Below are positions 14,336 to 27,700 of a DNA stretch of 64,000 bases, piece after piece. Within the stretch, counting starts at the first letter, position 1. Each line of letters begins with the position of its first letter. Origin of the DNA: Acanthaster planci (taxonomy: Eukaryota); contig NW_019091355.1 of NCBI RefSeq assembly GCF_001949145.1, positions 4,103,374-4,167,373 on the forward strand, written 5' to 3'. The notes beneath the pieces were generated by a model, which had not been told where the DNA came from, made no database searches, and was given only the letters and a program-made list of their open reading frames with translations. The translations under genes were made by a program, and so were the position numbers.

Positions 14336-15578
14336 GGCTTATGATTGTGTTTGTTACTTTCTGTCAATTAAAATGTATATATATATCCAATTTTTACTAA
14401 CGACATCTCACAAACTGCTATCAAATTTCAGGATTCCCTCCCGATCGCACCACCTGCTGTGCAAGTGAGTTAACCATTCGTGTTTTCACGCTCTTATCAA
14501 TCTTGTTCAAATGTTGATTTCGGTTGACAACTGGTTTACCTCCGTACGATCAGTCAAATAGAATCGGTGTCTTTTAATCATTACACATTGCAGGGGACCG
14601 TTGCTGTAAACACTGACGACTTGGCTCATTGGAAAAATACATACATGCTCTCACTTCTATTCTCATCCCTTTTTCCCCCAAGAAGACGTTAATTAAACTC
14701 TATTCATAATTTCAGTGACATTACAAGCACATGCGTGGCAAACACCACCCTGTTAGACTGGTTTCCAGTCCCTCCAGCGTCCTTAGAAATTCAAACGTAC
14801 AGATTAGTAGCAGACTATGAATCCGGGAGTGATTTCTCATGAATTGCTGATGCACATGGTAAATGAGCAGACAACTTATTGGTAATATTAATCTAGTGGC
14901 CATGAAACAAGATGAAAAACATTTTTACACAAAGGTGACTGGTTTGGAACTTATCTCATAAATCTCAAAGGTCATTCCGGATGCTAAAATGTTGACAAAA
15001 ACGCAACTAACACACAATGAGTAAATGCATGTACTGGTACAGGTATGCATACAAGTACATTCAATTTTAAATCTGTAGAGGGGCTGCTCGTTTGACGTCA
15101 CAGTCGTGTTTTTCCGACAAGCAGCTGCTCAAACGATAGTTGGCAGTCGGCACAAACATAAAAGAATAATTCGTTCAATTATAAAAATCCCACGCAGCTA
15201 TCAGATAATAACACACGGTATACTAAATGAAAATACAGCCCTATGTAAATTAATGGGGCAAATTTCCATTTTAAACGAAATGAGGTAAAATTGGAAACCA
15301 ACCAAAAGGGAATATTTCTGCAAACTTTGGCTGCCCATACGAGCTGTAGGCAAAATGAGAGTGATCTATACAGATATGTTTACAATGCACCCACACGAGG
15401 GCCAATCAGATCAAAACATTACAAGAGGACTAACCGACACATTTTAGGGGATAAGGGGGGCCTTCACGTACTCCTCCCCCCCTCCCCCTTGATCAATATG
15501 AATCCAAATGCCACTATACACAGGAACTTTCAGACATGGCTACGGCTAGTTCTTTGGACACTGGTTCTACATGGCCAG

Positions 15579-15728
15579 AATAGACCCCTTGCGTTAAGGT
15601 GGAGTCAGGGGCCACATTCCTTGTTATTTTAATTTAATTACAATGAATGCACAAAAGATTTACTGGAGCCTGTCCTAGAGGAAGACAGAAATGCCCTCTA
15701 ACGTAACGACAGGTGCAAGGGGTCTATT
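15579..15728. mobile_element. Short MITE (150 bp)
   Basis: Perfect 14-bp inverted ends AATAGACCCCTTGC / GCAAGGGGTCTATT. Confidence 0.65.
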
Positions 15729-17274
15729 GCAATTATCAATGTAAATACTGCTTTATTTATCACAGTGGAGCCACTCCAAACAGTTTATCACCCCAAATAC
15801 CAGCAGATTTCTCCGGAAGGCTGACTTATGTTCGTTACGGAGGGTGGTTATAGTACACAGGCCAAGAATATAGCCTGAATAAACATCGCCCCAATGGCAG
15901 GGTGCTTGCTTGCACAAAATCAATCATTTCAGGTTTGAACAGCCTTCTCCAGTTACCTGATTACTGTTTGACTGTTGAGCATGCATACCAAATCCCTTGA
16001 AAATTCAATTCGGTCAATGGGGCAGAAATCTGCACTGACGATGAACATTCAAGGGATCTATTTCTGATCCTCCACTGAAATTCACAGACAACTTGCTGAA
16101 AACATGTTGGCCTATGTAAATGTTCCAAGTGGTCTGTATTATGATGAACAATAAAAGTTCTACCGTGACAGACAAAATGCACAAAGGTATCCGTACTGAT
16201 ACATGGCAGACGTACATGTATCATATGTCCTTTGTTCAACTCAGGTGCCGTGCCAAGGATTCTTCCACTGAACTCTTGCAAGATCTCGAGAATCTCACCA
16301 GGCACCATCTCAGTTGAATGAATTAAAGGGCATGGGATGCATACATGTACACCATCTGCAACCCGCTACATTCATAGATGTACATATTGTAGTACCCTTT
16401 AGAGTCTTGTCCATGTTTTACTTGCTTAAAACGGTTCCTTCCTATTTTGTTGAAAGGTGTTAAAACTAAACAGTGTACCGTTTCGTTTTAACGCTTTCCA
16501 AAATGACGGACCAAGAGAAAATCTAAAGTGTGTAAGCACATACTGATGTTCTAATTTGATTTCAAATCTGTGTCATGCCTACAATCATGCAATCGGTGTC
16601 GAAGCACTATAGAAAAATGCCTAGTTGGTCTGCAGTACACGGTATACACATTCACAAACAATGTGCGAAATGCAATGAACAAAATGCGCTGTACACAGCT
16701 GTGCTACATGTGCACACGCACGTGCAAGTCGGCAAGGACGAAGAATGTGATCTGCGGATGCACACGATTGGATTACCAGGAGCAGTTCCTGGAAGTGGTG
16801 ATTGATTGAGAAGGCATCTCTGGAGTCTCAAGTGAACTGAGAAAACCAGTTGCATTCCTTCAAGTGAGTAATGTACAATTCTGAGATCTTCAGTTCAGTC
16901 TCGAGTATTCCCGTGTGTTAAATTTTTTCCTCCACTTTTCTGCAAAACTGACTTCAGAGTGAGTGTCTCCTAGTGTATACACACATTATAATACTTGTAA
17001 TGATCAGCGCTTATACAGTATGTCATCACTGGTGTCAAAGTGTGTCATAAGTATTACCCCTGCTCATCGGGCCACAAAATCTGGAAGTTTTTGCAGCAGC
17101 GCAACATCAATGTTCCATGAGTCAATTCAATATTCCAACAGAAAATACCCCAAACGAAGCATGTCTGAGGTCATTCAGGGACACTAGCACAGCCATATAT
17201 CAAGTCACACATGTGCTTTGTTCTGGAATGACTTTGCCTTTCTGAAATACTGCACTGATTCATCTGATTCCGGT

Positions 17275-17440
17275 TCTCTCAGGTGCCCATTCATATTAGT
17301 GGGTAGACTGAGGCTATGTCTTGCCCAAGGAACGCAAGCGCTCTGAGACAGTGGGGCCAGCACAGTGAAACCCGTGGGATTCGAACCCGCGCATGCCCTC
17401 CGCACGTGAGAACAACACCAAAACTACTAGACCCCAGCAC
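17275..17440 (-). mobile_element. tRNA-derived SINE remnant
   Basis: Minus strand shows an A-box-like GGGGTCTAGTAG (about 17424-17435) and B-box GGTTCGAATCCC (17376-17387). These are followed by CCTTGGGCAAG (17320-17330) and ...CTACCCAC...AATGGGCACCT, resembling the conserved central domains of metazoan SINEs. No intact tRNA cloverleaf. Confidence 0.7.
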
Positions 17441-18147
17441 TTATTCTTAATGCTCTCGTTCATGAGCCAAAGATTAATTGCCGGTAATGTTCGAGCCCCG
17501 AGGCAGGACCAGTAGCACGCAACACTCCACGATCCTTGCTGACTCGGGCATCAGGCGCTGATGGAAGGCCGGTCATCCGGCACTCTTTGAAAGAGCCGAC
17601 CAGCGGACACAACGCTAGCTGTGGCCCATTCCACACGGAAGGGGGGAAAAAGGCACCGAACTGCTCATCCAAGAAATTAATCAGCCGGATCTAATAACTT
17701 CTTTGCTCTCAATCTGGAAGCAGAGCAGCATATTATAATGTGTCCCTCTTCGGGGGAAATTAAGCTTTTTACGACTATGCAGTGGTGATGACTTTTTTTT
17801 TTGTCTTTCACTTGTTCAGAGAGGAAATGGGTAATGTGGACTGACAGGCCATGAATGAAAATTGAGGCACGTACATGTAATAATTCAAGTCCACAACAGT
17901 GTCAGCGAAGAACATGATGTTCTTGAGTGAGTGAATGTTGCATCCAACTTGTCTCTGCGATGAGATGGAGTATTCAGCACACGATCTGAGAAACATCGCA
18001 ATTACAGCTTCTTGGCCGACTCAAGTGGTCAGCATTTCCAGGTCTTGCAATCAGTTTGAACAAGATGGAACCATTTCTTACCAGAATGATTAACTCTAAG
18101 TAAGGTTCCAACATGAAGCAGCAACTTTGTAAATCTGTCAACAACGA

Positions 18148-18538
18148 GGAACTGTAGATTCGTTCTTGCACGAATCTACAGTTCCGAGTCTATTCTCTGA
18201 CTTAAACTATTTCCCGTTGTTACACTCTTGTTCCATTCACTCATGCACAGGTTTTGGCTACGTGAACCATCGACATACACAATAAGGCAGGAATGTGGCC
18301 ATTCCTGATATCCCTTAAATTTGCCCACTGTGGCTGTTATGAGGATGAAAAGAATCAGGCTCACAGTGCTACAGCAAGGTTAAATTTTCCCCCACCCCTT
18401 CAGTCAGCACTACTTCGGCCGAAATGAGGGGGCCAAGGAAACGAGGGTAAGTCCCTTGACGTTACAAATCTACAATAACTGTAGATTCGTACCTTACGAA
18501 TCTACAGTTTGCTGTAGATTCGTAAAAATTAATCTACA
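18148..18538. repeat. Cluster of TGTAGATTCGT...ACGAATCTACA palindromes
   Basis: Perfect hairpins at 18148-18185 (16-bp arms, 6-nt loop) and 18477-18509 (14-bp arms, 5-nt loop), plus a degenerate third at 18512-18538. Confidence 0.85.
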
Positions 18539-19909
18539 CTTTGAACAAAGGAGTGACGTCACAAAAATAGTTGAATGCAGAAGAACCAGAAATTATTCAT
18601 GGTAATGTCTGCCAAACTAACAATCCACCAGGCATTACCAGCATAATTCTCCCACATGTACAATGTACGTGTATATCACATGAAAAAAATGAAAAAAAAA
18701 ACCCAGACACAATAGTAATACATAACTGCACATCATGCCCTTTACGATCATATACAGACTTGAAGTTTGGCCGTATTACACTGCAATGCACTTCCTGCTT
18801 GCAGCCCTCCAATAGTGACATTGAAAGACAGATGACAGCCACTTGAATGCCTGTGTGGCTATGGGCCTAACACCACATACAACCATCACGTTTGCATTAC
18901 AAGCCCGGTATGGACATTCCTTTCCTCGTGTACGGCAATGAAGTCTCGTGATATTACTCATGAATTTTTCTTAAATAGTGGCAAATATTTTAAGCTGTTT
19001 ATCTGATGTTGGTTTCACTAACTGCACCTCTTCCTTTTGCCGTGGAGGACCCCAGGCCAAAAATGCTTCTAAGCCTGTTCTTCAGAGAGGGAAAAACCTT
19101 GCATGGGCCTAGCTTTAATGGATTGCGTGGACCTGTTTTATTCTTGGGTTCACATAAAGATGACAAGGCCGGCACACATACACATACAGTGTGTGTACTT
19201 GTGACTGTAGATGTGGACATTGTGGGGACTACTCACGTCTTGAAGGATAGTAACCATGGAAAAAAATGGGGATAAATGTGACCCGTCACGACAAAATGAA
19301 TGTAAAGTCGTATTTCGCTCTTTCCTATTTTGAAGGTTCGAAATCATATTGAAGTGGAGGTTAATTTGGGAATTTTGTAACATTTGGAAAGACTAACCCG
19401 TCTCCTATTTAATTCCAATTATTTTGCGGGATCAAAGAGTGAAAAATGTCCTTTTCACAGCAGTATGCATGCCTGGTCTGAAATGTTAAAACAATGTCGG
19501 GAACAAAGACGCAAAGCTGCCAGAATAATGTCACATTGTCACCTTGTACTTCTACCCTAAGTGTTCCATGTACATGCCATTTGGGAGCTCTTTTTCTGCA
19601 CTGAACTCAAAAATAACAATATCTCAATTTTTGAAAATTCCAACTTTCAGCTCATTTTGTGGTGACAGGTCACAAATGTTTGTTCCCAAAAGAAAAGTGG
19701 TTCCGACTTTCCCGACAAAAGGAATTGTCCCCTCAATGCTGGGCTGGCTGGGGCATACAGACAACGGTCTTCTGCAAACTTTTACACTGAGAGGACCTCC
19801 ATGACTAATTGACAAAAAAAGTTGCATTGGGCTGCAGTGTGTAGAGGTCCACAAAAAATGCATACGGTCACAATTAACAGGTTTCCTCACATGAACGTTG
19901 CAGAGAGAC

Positions 19910-20086
19910 CAGGGGTGAGATTGACCAATGATAAAACTAGCTGGGAAACAGCTGAAAAAAAGGCATAAAGAAGCTGAACTGTGAAAATCTCCTATACTTT
20001 TGTACACAGCCAGTGAGAAAAAAAAGCTGAAATCCAAAACAAGAAAAAGCTGAAATCAGCTTAAAAGCTGAGAAATCTCATCCCTG
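19910..20086. mobile_element. Short hAT-like MITE with a 6-bp target-site duplication
   Basis: TIRs CAGGGGTGAGATT / AATCTCATCCCTG (1 mismatch), flanked on both sides by AGAGAC (19904-19909, 20087-20092). Internal AAGCTGA repeats. Confidence 0.75.
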
Positions 20087-21550
20087 AGAGACATTGTGCA
20101 TGTATGTACATGTACACACAGTGTATGTACAATATACATGTTGAGAATAAAAATGGGAATACAACCCAGGGTTGGTCATAATAATTTAACTTGTGTTTGG
20201 GAAACTCCAGTAATGTCGGCTTGCATGTTTAACGAGCCTTGAACTTTTTGGACATTACACTGTTTTCAGTGGGGCTTGACTTGGTGCACTGCACCCATAG
20301 GGTTCCGTCCTCTGCAGGAAAAGATTGGTCTATTTACAGGAATACATGCCGGAACATGGGATTGTGGTGTGGAATTAACATTATTTCACTTCTGATTCAA
20401 TACGTCCCCGTCTCAATTCTTACAGAAAATACTTGAAAACGTACAGCTTGTCAACACTGCCGACTTCATTTCCCTACAGATCTTGCAAGTACTGCAAACC
20501 AATTTCCAACTTTTGCGGTGGCCCGTAACTTGTCTCGGCGTGCGCAAACAGATAACAATTGTGAGTGCGCACCGGGGAGAGAATGGAGCCTGCTCTCCAG
20601 AGCCGTTGACATTTGAGAGAGGAGCCAAAATTGTTGCAAATTTAATAAGGAAGGGGACACACAAGAATGGATTTCTGAGGCGTACCCGGAGGACCTAAGA
20701 AACTCAAAAAAAACGAAGCCTCTAAAAGATAGGAAAAAATATCGAAACGTCCAATCCTGACTTCTCTGAACACTGAAGGTAGTTGCCTACAGTTACATGT
20801 ACACATATGTGTAACTGCGTATATGCTTGTTATTTTTCTCATTTAGATTTGGATGCAAATGGAAACATGTCTCACTGTCTGGGTGACGACGGCTGTCACA
20901 CGGGCTTCTACAGGCATCTGATTGAAATTTGTGTCTCGCTTGATCCAGTCACAAAGCAGGGTACACGTGCATTGAGCACAGTACTGCCGGTAGTTTGGCC
21001 GGGCTGGCCGGAATTTTTTGTGGACGTTCAGAAACTCAATCAAATGAGCGGTGCTGGAAGTATGAGCACATACCGACTGGTATGATTTAGACGACAGGTC
21101 TTGGCTTAACTTTCCATCCTTTCAATCCACTTCTAAACACAAAATGTGAACAGATAAGTACAGACCCCTCTCAGGTTGTATTAGTGGTCAACGTTTGCAG
21201 GAGCATCACCCTTGGTTGGTTTGAGAATTTACCGAAAAATGGACATTTGCCCAACTGCTTTCAAAAACGTCATTTTTTATTCAATATTTAGTAGTCATGT
21301 TCATTATTGGGTTTGTTGGATAGCTGAGTCAGATTTTTTTTCACTGAGTGCTCAGAGAATTATTTTTTTTCTTGCGTGCTAACGGCCAGCCATAGTTTTA
21401 ATAGCCACCGGTGGTAAACTATGACGGTGGCAAACACTGCCCTCACAGCCAGTCAATTTTACGCAGAATAGTGTCTGGAGGGTTTTTTTATTGAGAGGAA
21501 AACATTCACTAAGAGTTCAGGAGAGACAGACCGTGACAGCGTAAGCTCAC

Positions 21551-21717
21551 CTTCCAAGACGTAAACGAGCGAGCCCACGTCTCCCTCCTTGATGATGCAG
21601 CTGTCTCTGCTATATTCCACCGGGTACATGCAATCCACAATCTCCTGGATCTGCGAAAGTTCCAGATTCTTCATGAAGTCGTTGTCCAGGATGGCCGCCT
21701 TGATGCAGTCTCTCGCT
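21551..21717 (-). CDS. PRKG1: PKG I coding exon 2 (start of cNMP-binding domain A)
   Basis: Pyrimidine-rich acceptor ...CCTTTTGCTCTGCAG| and donor AAG|GTGAGC; 167 nt. Encodes (Q)[55 protein letters not shown], in frame with exon 1. Confidence 0.97.
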
Positions 21718-24700
21718 CTGCAGAGCAAAAGGGAGAAAGGAAATGACGGGCAAATTTATTCCAAGGATCCCAAAAATATTGGTGAGCGGATCAATTGTGG
21801 CCTGACGCATGGGCCATTATCCCCACACGCTTGTTACCGTTGCTCACTGCACCATCTATAAAAGTACACTTCAAAACCACGGCATGCACACATCTGTTAC
21901 ACATTCAATTGCACTTTCCATTACTAAGAGTGCTATGTTGCTGCACATGCAACCTACTGTACATTGTAGATGTACACCCAGACCAGACAGAAATAAGTTT
22001 CACATACGATTCCGAACATTTCCTTTTTCTTGTCAAAGTTACCACTTGTTAAAGAACTGAAGTACCCTCCCAGTTTCAGCTTACAAAGTCTGCTTTTACT
22101 TCAGTTCTGTCTCTTGTGTGATAAAAGGGTATGTTTGGATTGGTAACAGTATGACCACACAAGAATTCCCGTGTCTTAAGCTTCACTAGAACGAGGACAT
22201 TTAGACTGCACGCTCATTGAAAACAGAGAGTAATATACACAGACTGTGGATAAGCAAAAAACAAATTGAAATGTCCACGTACACTTAAATGTACACGTAT
22301 GCCATGCTTGGAATGCCAAGGTACATGTAGGCTCTACAAGTACATGTAATGATTCTCAGTTGAAATGTGGGAAGCCAGCGAGGCTTGGGCTAGCAAAGTT
22401 GGTGTCAGTATATTATACAAATATTGACCACTTTGGGGGCGGTGTGGTAAAACTGGACTCCCAAGGTGCTCCACCGAGAATCCTGTTTTCTCAAGGCGAA
22501 GCTGAGGGACAATGGAATGCTTCATTATTCAGAGGGAGGCTGGTTTTACTACACCAGGAGAAAGAGCGGTCCATATTTGTTTGATAACACTTATGCCGCA
22601 GATTCTGCTTGATTTAAGGGATAACTGATTAATTTCATCTAACTGCATGTAAACATAAAATTAATAAAAATATACTTTAATATTAAGAATTTTTTTGAAA
22701 ATTTACCAGCACCTTTCTATCTATTCTCAAAATGTTTGAAGCCAGCTTTGTAACCCTATGACGCTTTGGAAAGCAAATGACTTCCAATGCAGTGCTGGTG
22801 GTTGCTTCTTTGGTTGCTGCAATGCTGTGGGCACAGAACTTTGACTGCTATGGGTACAGTTCTTTTGGCCCTGTACATGATAGCTAAATATGTGTAGCTA
22901 ATCCAATGTGACTGGTTCTCATCCAATCTAGATACAGTGTCTGTGGGCTAGGTGTTATAAACATGTATAGCTTGTATACAGCACTGCGGTTCATTGACAG
23001 ATGTGCTAAAAGAAGTGCAGTGAAACTACAAGCACATGCATACAGCTGAAACCACTCCAAATGTCCCTTCAATCACTGAACGCCATTCTCGACGAGAGGG
23101 TTTTATTGGCTGAGAGACAGATAAATTCAGTGGAACCAGAGAGCTTAACTGGGATGCCACAACTTGTTGAGCACTGCAGCGATGTTTCCTTTGCTGCTGC
23201 GGGCCAAGTCAGTGCAGACCCAAAATACAGTGGTTACAGAGCGAGTTTATGTGCATGTTGAAAACACTGGTGTGAAGTTAGCTCTGCACCAGAGTTCATC
23301 GTCACAAGAAACTCCAGGTAGCTTGGTGGACCGGGAGGTTTCTGACGTTCATCAGGAGGCCAGGCAATGTTCAGACTCATGCACGTCGACAAACCCAACC
23401 GAGTCATTACACTGTGGAGACGGCACTGCCCTGCTTATTACAAGTCCATATTCTCATCACTAAGAATGAGAAGCCCCCCTGCGGTCATTTCCACAATCTA
23501 CATGTAAATTCATAGCTCGGAGAGGGTTGTCACTTTTTCTTTTGAATACATGTACATGTATGTAGGTTAAGTCCCTCAGATAGAACAGATCTATGTCAGA
23601 TGCAGACGTAAGTGGCATTGTCACAAACATGGCCCCCTCAGGAAGCAGTGAGCAGTATTCTGATTTCTGCATTTTAGAGACATCCGGAGAAAGGACCTTT
23701 GGCCAACTGACATTTCAGGGCCAATGCTAACCAGTGGAGGATTTGCTCCAAAAAAGGGAGTGGGCTAGTTATTTTACAATGAATATCCAGACAAGTGATT
23801 GTTGGACAAAAGACTTGTTTTAAATGCTCCATCAAGTAAATGACCTTGTACATGCATTGTTCACACCGTAATGAACGACCTGAGCTCTTCTGCAACACAA
23901 AGTGATGGTGAAAAAGGAAAACCGGTCTTTCTGATTTTGTTTTGTATTCACACAAAAGCCTGTGGAATGAGAATGACTAGAAACTGCAACCCCCCACGTC
24001 CGTCCTATTGCAGAATGCAAAAGGTGTACATCTACACGTATATATTGCATTTAAATGCCTCCATTTGCCTTTGGCCTACAAAACACACCCCTCATAAGCC
24101 TATGTGGTTGATACTACCCATGCCCGATAAAACCTTTCAGGATGGCCATAAACCGAGTTTGATGCCTCCACACAGTAACATGCAGCCACTGAAAAAAACA
24201 GGTGTATCTGCCCTAAAAAAGGTGTTGCCATGCCTGAAAGGGGGGACGGGATGGGTATGCCACTGTGCTCCATTTTCTCCCCAAACTCAAAAAGTCCCTC
24301 CCTGTTTGCCCATAGTGCGTGGCACTCCTCTCCTTTCAGGCGTGCATTCCACCAGTGCTGCCTAAAAGACTCCAGAAAAGTTTTTTTTTTATCCAAGTTC
24401 ACACCCGGCACAATATTGACAAGTCTGGTTCACATCAAGTTTCAAATAAGATGCCTACCTATTTTCAGATGTGGTGCCATGAATCCATATACAATGTATT
24501 GTGTAAACACATCTGCCTGTTCAAGGAGTGACATGCCTGCATGCATGAATTGGCCCCAAAATCTAATATTTTGTGCAATAGTGCTATGTACATATGCATA
24601 AAAAATGTTAGAAAATCGTCATTCCAACATGTAGAACGACATCTGATTAAATAAGTTCACATGATGATTCCCTACAAAATTTTTAAATGAGTAAATTTGC

Positions 24701-27700
24701 ATCATTAAACGCTTACAGCAAAAGTTGTACGCAAGATATAAATCGGCCAGACCAATGAGGCAGGGGTTTGGCTGACTGTTAAGGCTATCTCTCTGGCTCA
24801 GCGGGATAATGCACTTAGTGTTTGATTTATAGAGTGAGTGGTGGCCAAGCGATGCTATCAGCTTGGACATGCTCCCCGCGGCAAGAGACAATCCCTACCA
24901 TGACCGACGTCCCTCACAAACCAGGTCGAGGAATCGGCGTTTAATTGCACAAGGGAATGAGGAGAGAAGTACATGTACACCTCCGGACTCAGTGCCACAT
25001 GTGTATACAAGTGAGGCTGATTAAAATGAAGAAGGCACTTGTGTCTTCTGTTTGAATTTTCTCTGCACAGTGGGCCTAACCGTCCCTCCTTCACGGCAAG
25101 TGTATTTCACAGCCATGTCCGTGTATTCTAGGCGGCTGTTTTTCCCCCCTTGGTCACTTTCACTGGAAGGAGCTTTGAATCTTGTTGAGAAAAGGGACAA
25201 ATCAACACTGAATCACTTAAATTGAGTGTAAATTGTTTAGAATTGAAGGGTCTGTTCTTTGGGATTTTTAAAAATTTCTTTGTTTTGTATGTTCTTGTTT
25301 AGTTTTTTTTTGCTGGTGCAGAAACTGCTTATGCCACAAAAAGCCCTGCCAGAAAATTAGCACACTCCATGTTTATCGCTCTTACATATGAAAGTATATT
25401 TGGAGTAGATGTAACAAAGAATGATACAGTTGTCGTCGTACTGCGTCCAGGATTTCCGTTCCAAGGCAAATGACAGACCAAGCTTTTCTTTTGGGGTATT
25501 TTCCCCACATACTGCTCGGCCTGGGTTTCTCTCTCTATACTATGCATCTTCTTGTTTCCAACAAATCAAACTCTTGATTTTGCGCGGCGAGACAGAGGGG
25601 CCATGACACCTCTCGGCGGGAGGTATCGATCCTGTCTGTTTGCACGGCTACAGTTCCTACTGCTGGCTTCCTGTAGATTTCTTTCTGTACGGCGGCTCAT
25701 TGTCAAAGACGGGGAAAAAAAAACCTGTCAAGAGACCATATAAGAGACCCGCGGACTCTCCACTCAATTTCCTGGCTTGACACTAGTATGCGGATCTCCG
25801 CGGAAACAGCTGTGAGAGCCGAGGCAGCTGAGCAGGGGGGGGATTCTGATGAAGTTGTCGGGTGCAAAACGCTTCCGATTAATCATACCAAACGGAAGAG
25901 AGGACCCAAGGAAGAGTGTTCACTCCGTTCGTAAGCAAATCATTCTATTCACATGTACCTGCAACCAGCATTGTGTCAGTGGGTTCATGGGATTAACATT
26001 TTCACCTTGATTGAAGTTCATTTACAGGTGCGTTTCTTCATGTGCAACTGATGATCAAATGGTTTATCCAGTGGTATTGAGTCAGTTTGAACAATCACTG
26101 AATTGACTGCAACTTTAAAATTAGATTTGTAGATTACATTAAGCGATTTATGAATTTTAAAAATTAGCCTGCTTGGACAAGCTTTGTTTCACACTCTCCG
26201 GAATCAGTAACAGAATACTTGTTAGGTGGTACATAAGGTATGCTTTGACACATCAGCATCTTCTTTCGTGCAATGCACACTAACCCGAGTCCCCTTGGGG
26301 TATGTAAAATCACACTGTAATCAGAGGATTGAGGACTGTCAATTTGAAGAAATGGTTCATCATTCAATAGGATGAGTTTGAACTTGCATCAAACTGCCCA
26401 TCCAAAGCTTCTGCATGAATTGAGGGGCTCAGTGGGCATGCCAATACCGTACCACTAACAATTTTGGAACTTGCTTTACTCAATATGCATTTTGCCTGTA
26501 TGGTAGTTTCCCGGGCATGAAATGTCAGTGGTAAGTGTGGGCATGCTGACTGAGCAGGGAAGCCAGCCACGAGAGACTGCTTCACCAGGCCATTACTGCA
26601 CCATTTACTGCACAGTGTGAGGTCTCCCACAACTGAAGGCCTACAAATGTCAGACGGAGTTGCCATGCACCTCTTCACAATGGCCCTGAATGGACATTCT
26701 AATGTGGAACAAGAGCTGCATTGAGAGTTTGTACTCTACAAATCAACACTACTGAAATTTCTTTTTTTTGGGGGGGGGACACACTTTTGGTGCCTATAAG
26801 GTATTTTTCAGTAAGTAACACTAACAAAACAAACAAAAAAGACGACTGACACATCGATTGCAGCGGCATAAGGGGGGGTTGGGGGCATGTGCCCCCCTCC
26901 CCCAGGGGATGCTTGTCCCCCCCACCCCGGTGCCTCACCCCCATTTGAAATCTGTGAATAATCTCGGTTGAAATGCAGCTGCAGCTTATTTTCCTGTGGT
27001 GCCACCTTGAAAAAAATGTGTGCGCACCCCTGGGTGCCCTCCTTAGTCCTAGTTGCGCCACAGACCAGTTAAAAATGAAACAGCCAGCCTAACCAGAAGC
27101 ACACTGCCCAGTTAAAATCCTAGTTCTTGCAATCATGAAAACAAATTCCATAAATTGGCTATTGTTGATCCAAGACTCAAGCCCAAGGGCACGAGTCTAA
27201 AGGTACTCCCACTTGACCAAAGTACCTCTTATTAGATCAATGCGACCATTACAAGATGGTGCAAAATGCATGATTCACGGGGGAAAACCCAACTTCTTCC
27301 TTGCTGGGACTATAATATCAAACAATATTCTCTGAGCCACATCATTCTTGTGACACAATCTTAACACGAGGTGCATCCATTTACAGAGAATGATACCAGT
27401 CAACTTCTCTTTTACTGTAATGGTGACACGCACAAAGTTGGAGTCTCACGTTGCATCCCAAACCTCAATTACACGTACTTGCTACGTTATAATTTTTTTT
27501 TTCCTTGCAAATACGATTTCTCGTCGCAGGTTCTGTCGTTCACAGTTGCTACTATGTCAACATCTACTGGCGGCGCTTGTTTTTGATGTTGCGTGCAGCT
27601 TTGTGCAAACAAAAAAGCTGTGCAGTATTCCTCCTCAAAAGCAACCATGTGGCATTTCTCCCAGCATGTTGACACTGTGCAGCGAATGTGAAATGTAAGT

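Noticed and set aside
17341..17440. tRNA gene
   Set aside because: The B-box is present but acceptor and anticodon stems do not pair, and a SINE-like body follows. Called as a SINE instead.
18148..18538. CRISPR-like array of palindromic repeats
   Set aside because: Eukaryotic intron, irregular spacing, only 2-3 units and no cas genes.
26861..27063. GC-rich CAGCGGCATA...TGCGCCACAG segment (similar remnants near 6475-6603 and 38840-38888)
   Set aside because: Probably decayed hAT-type MITEs, but the termini are too degenerate and no TSD is visible, so they are not listed as features.
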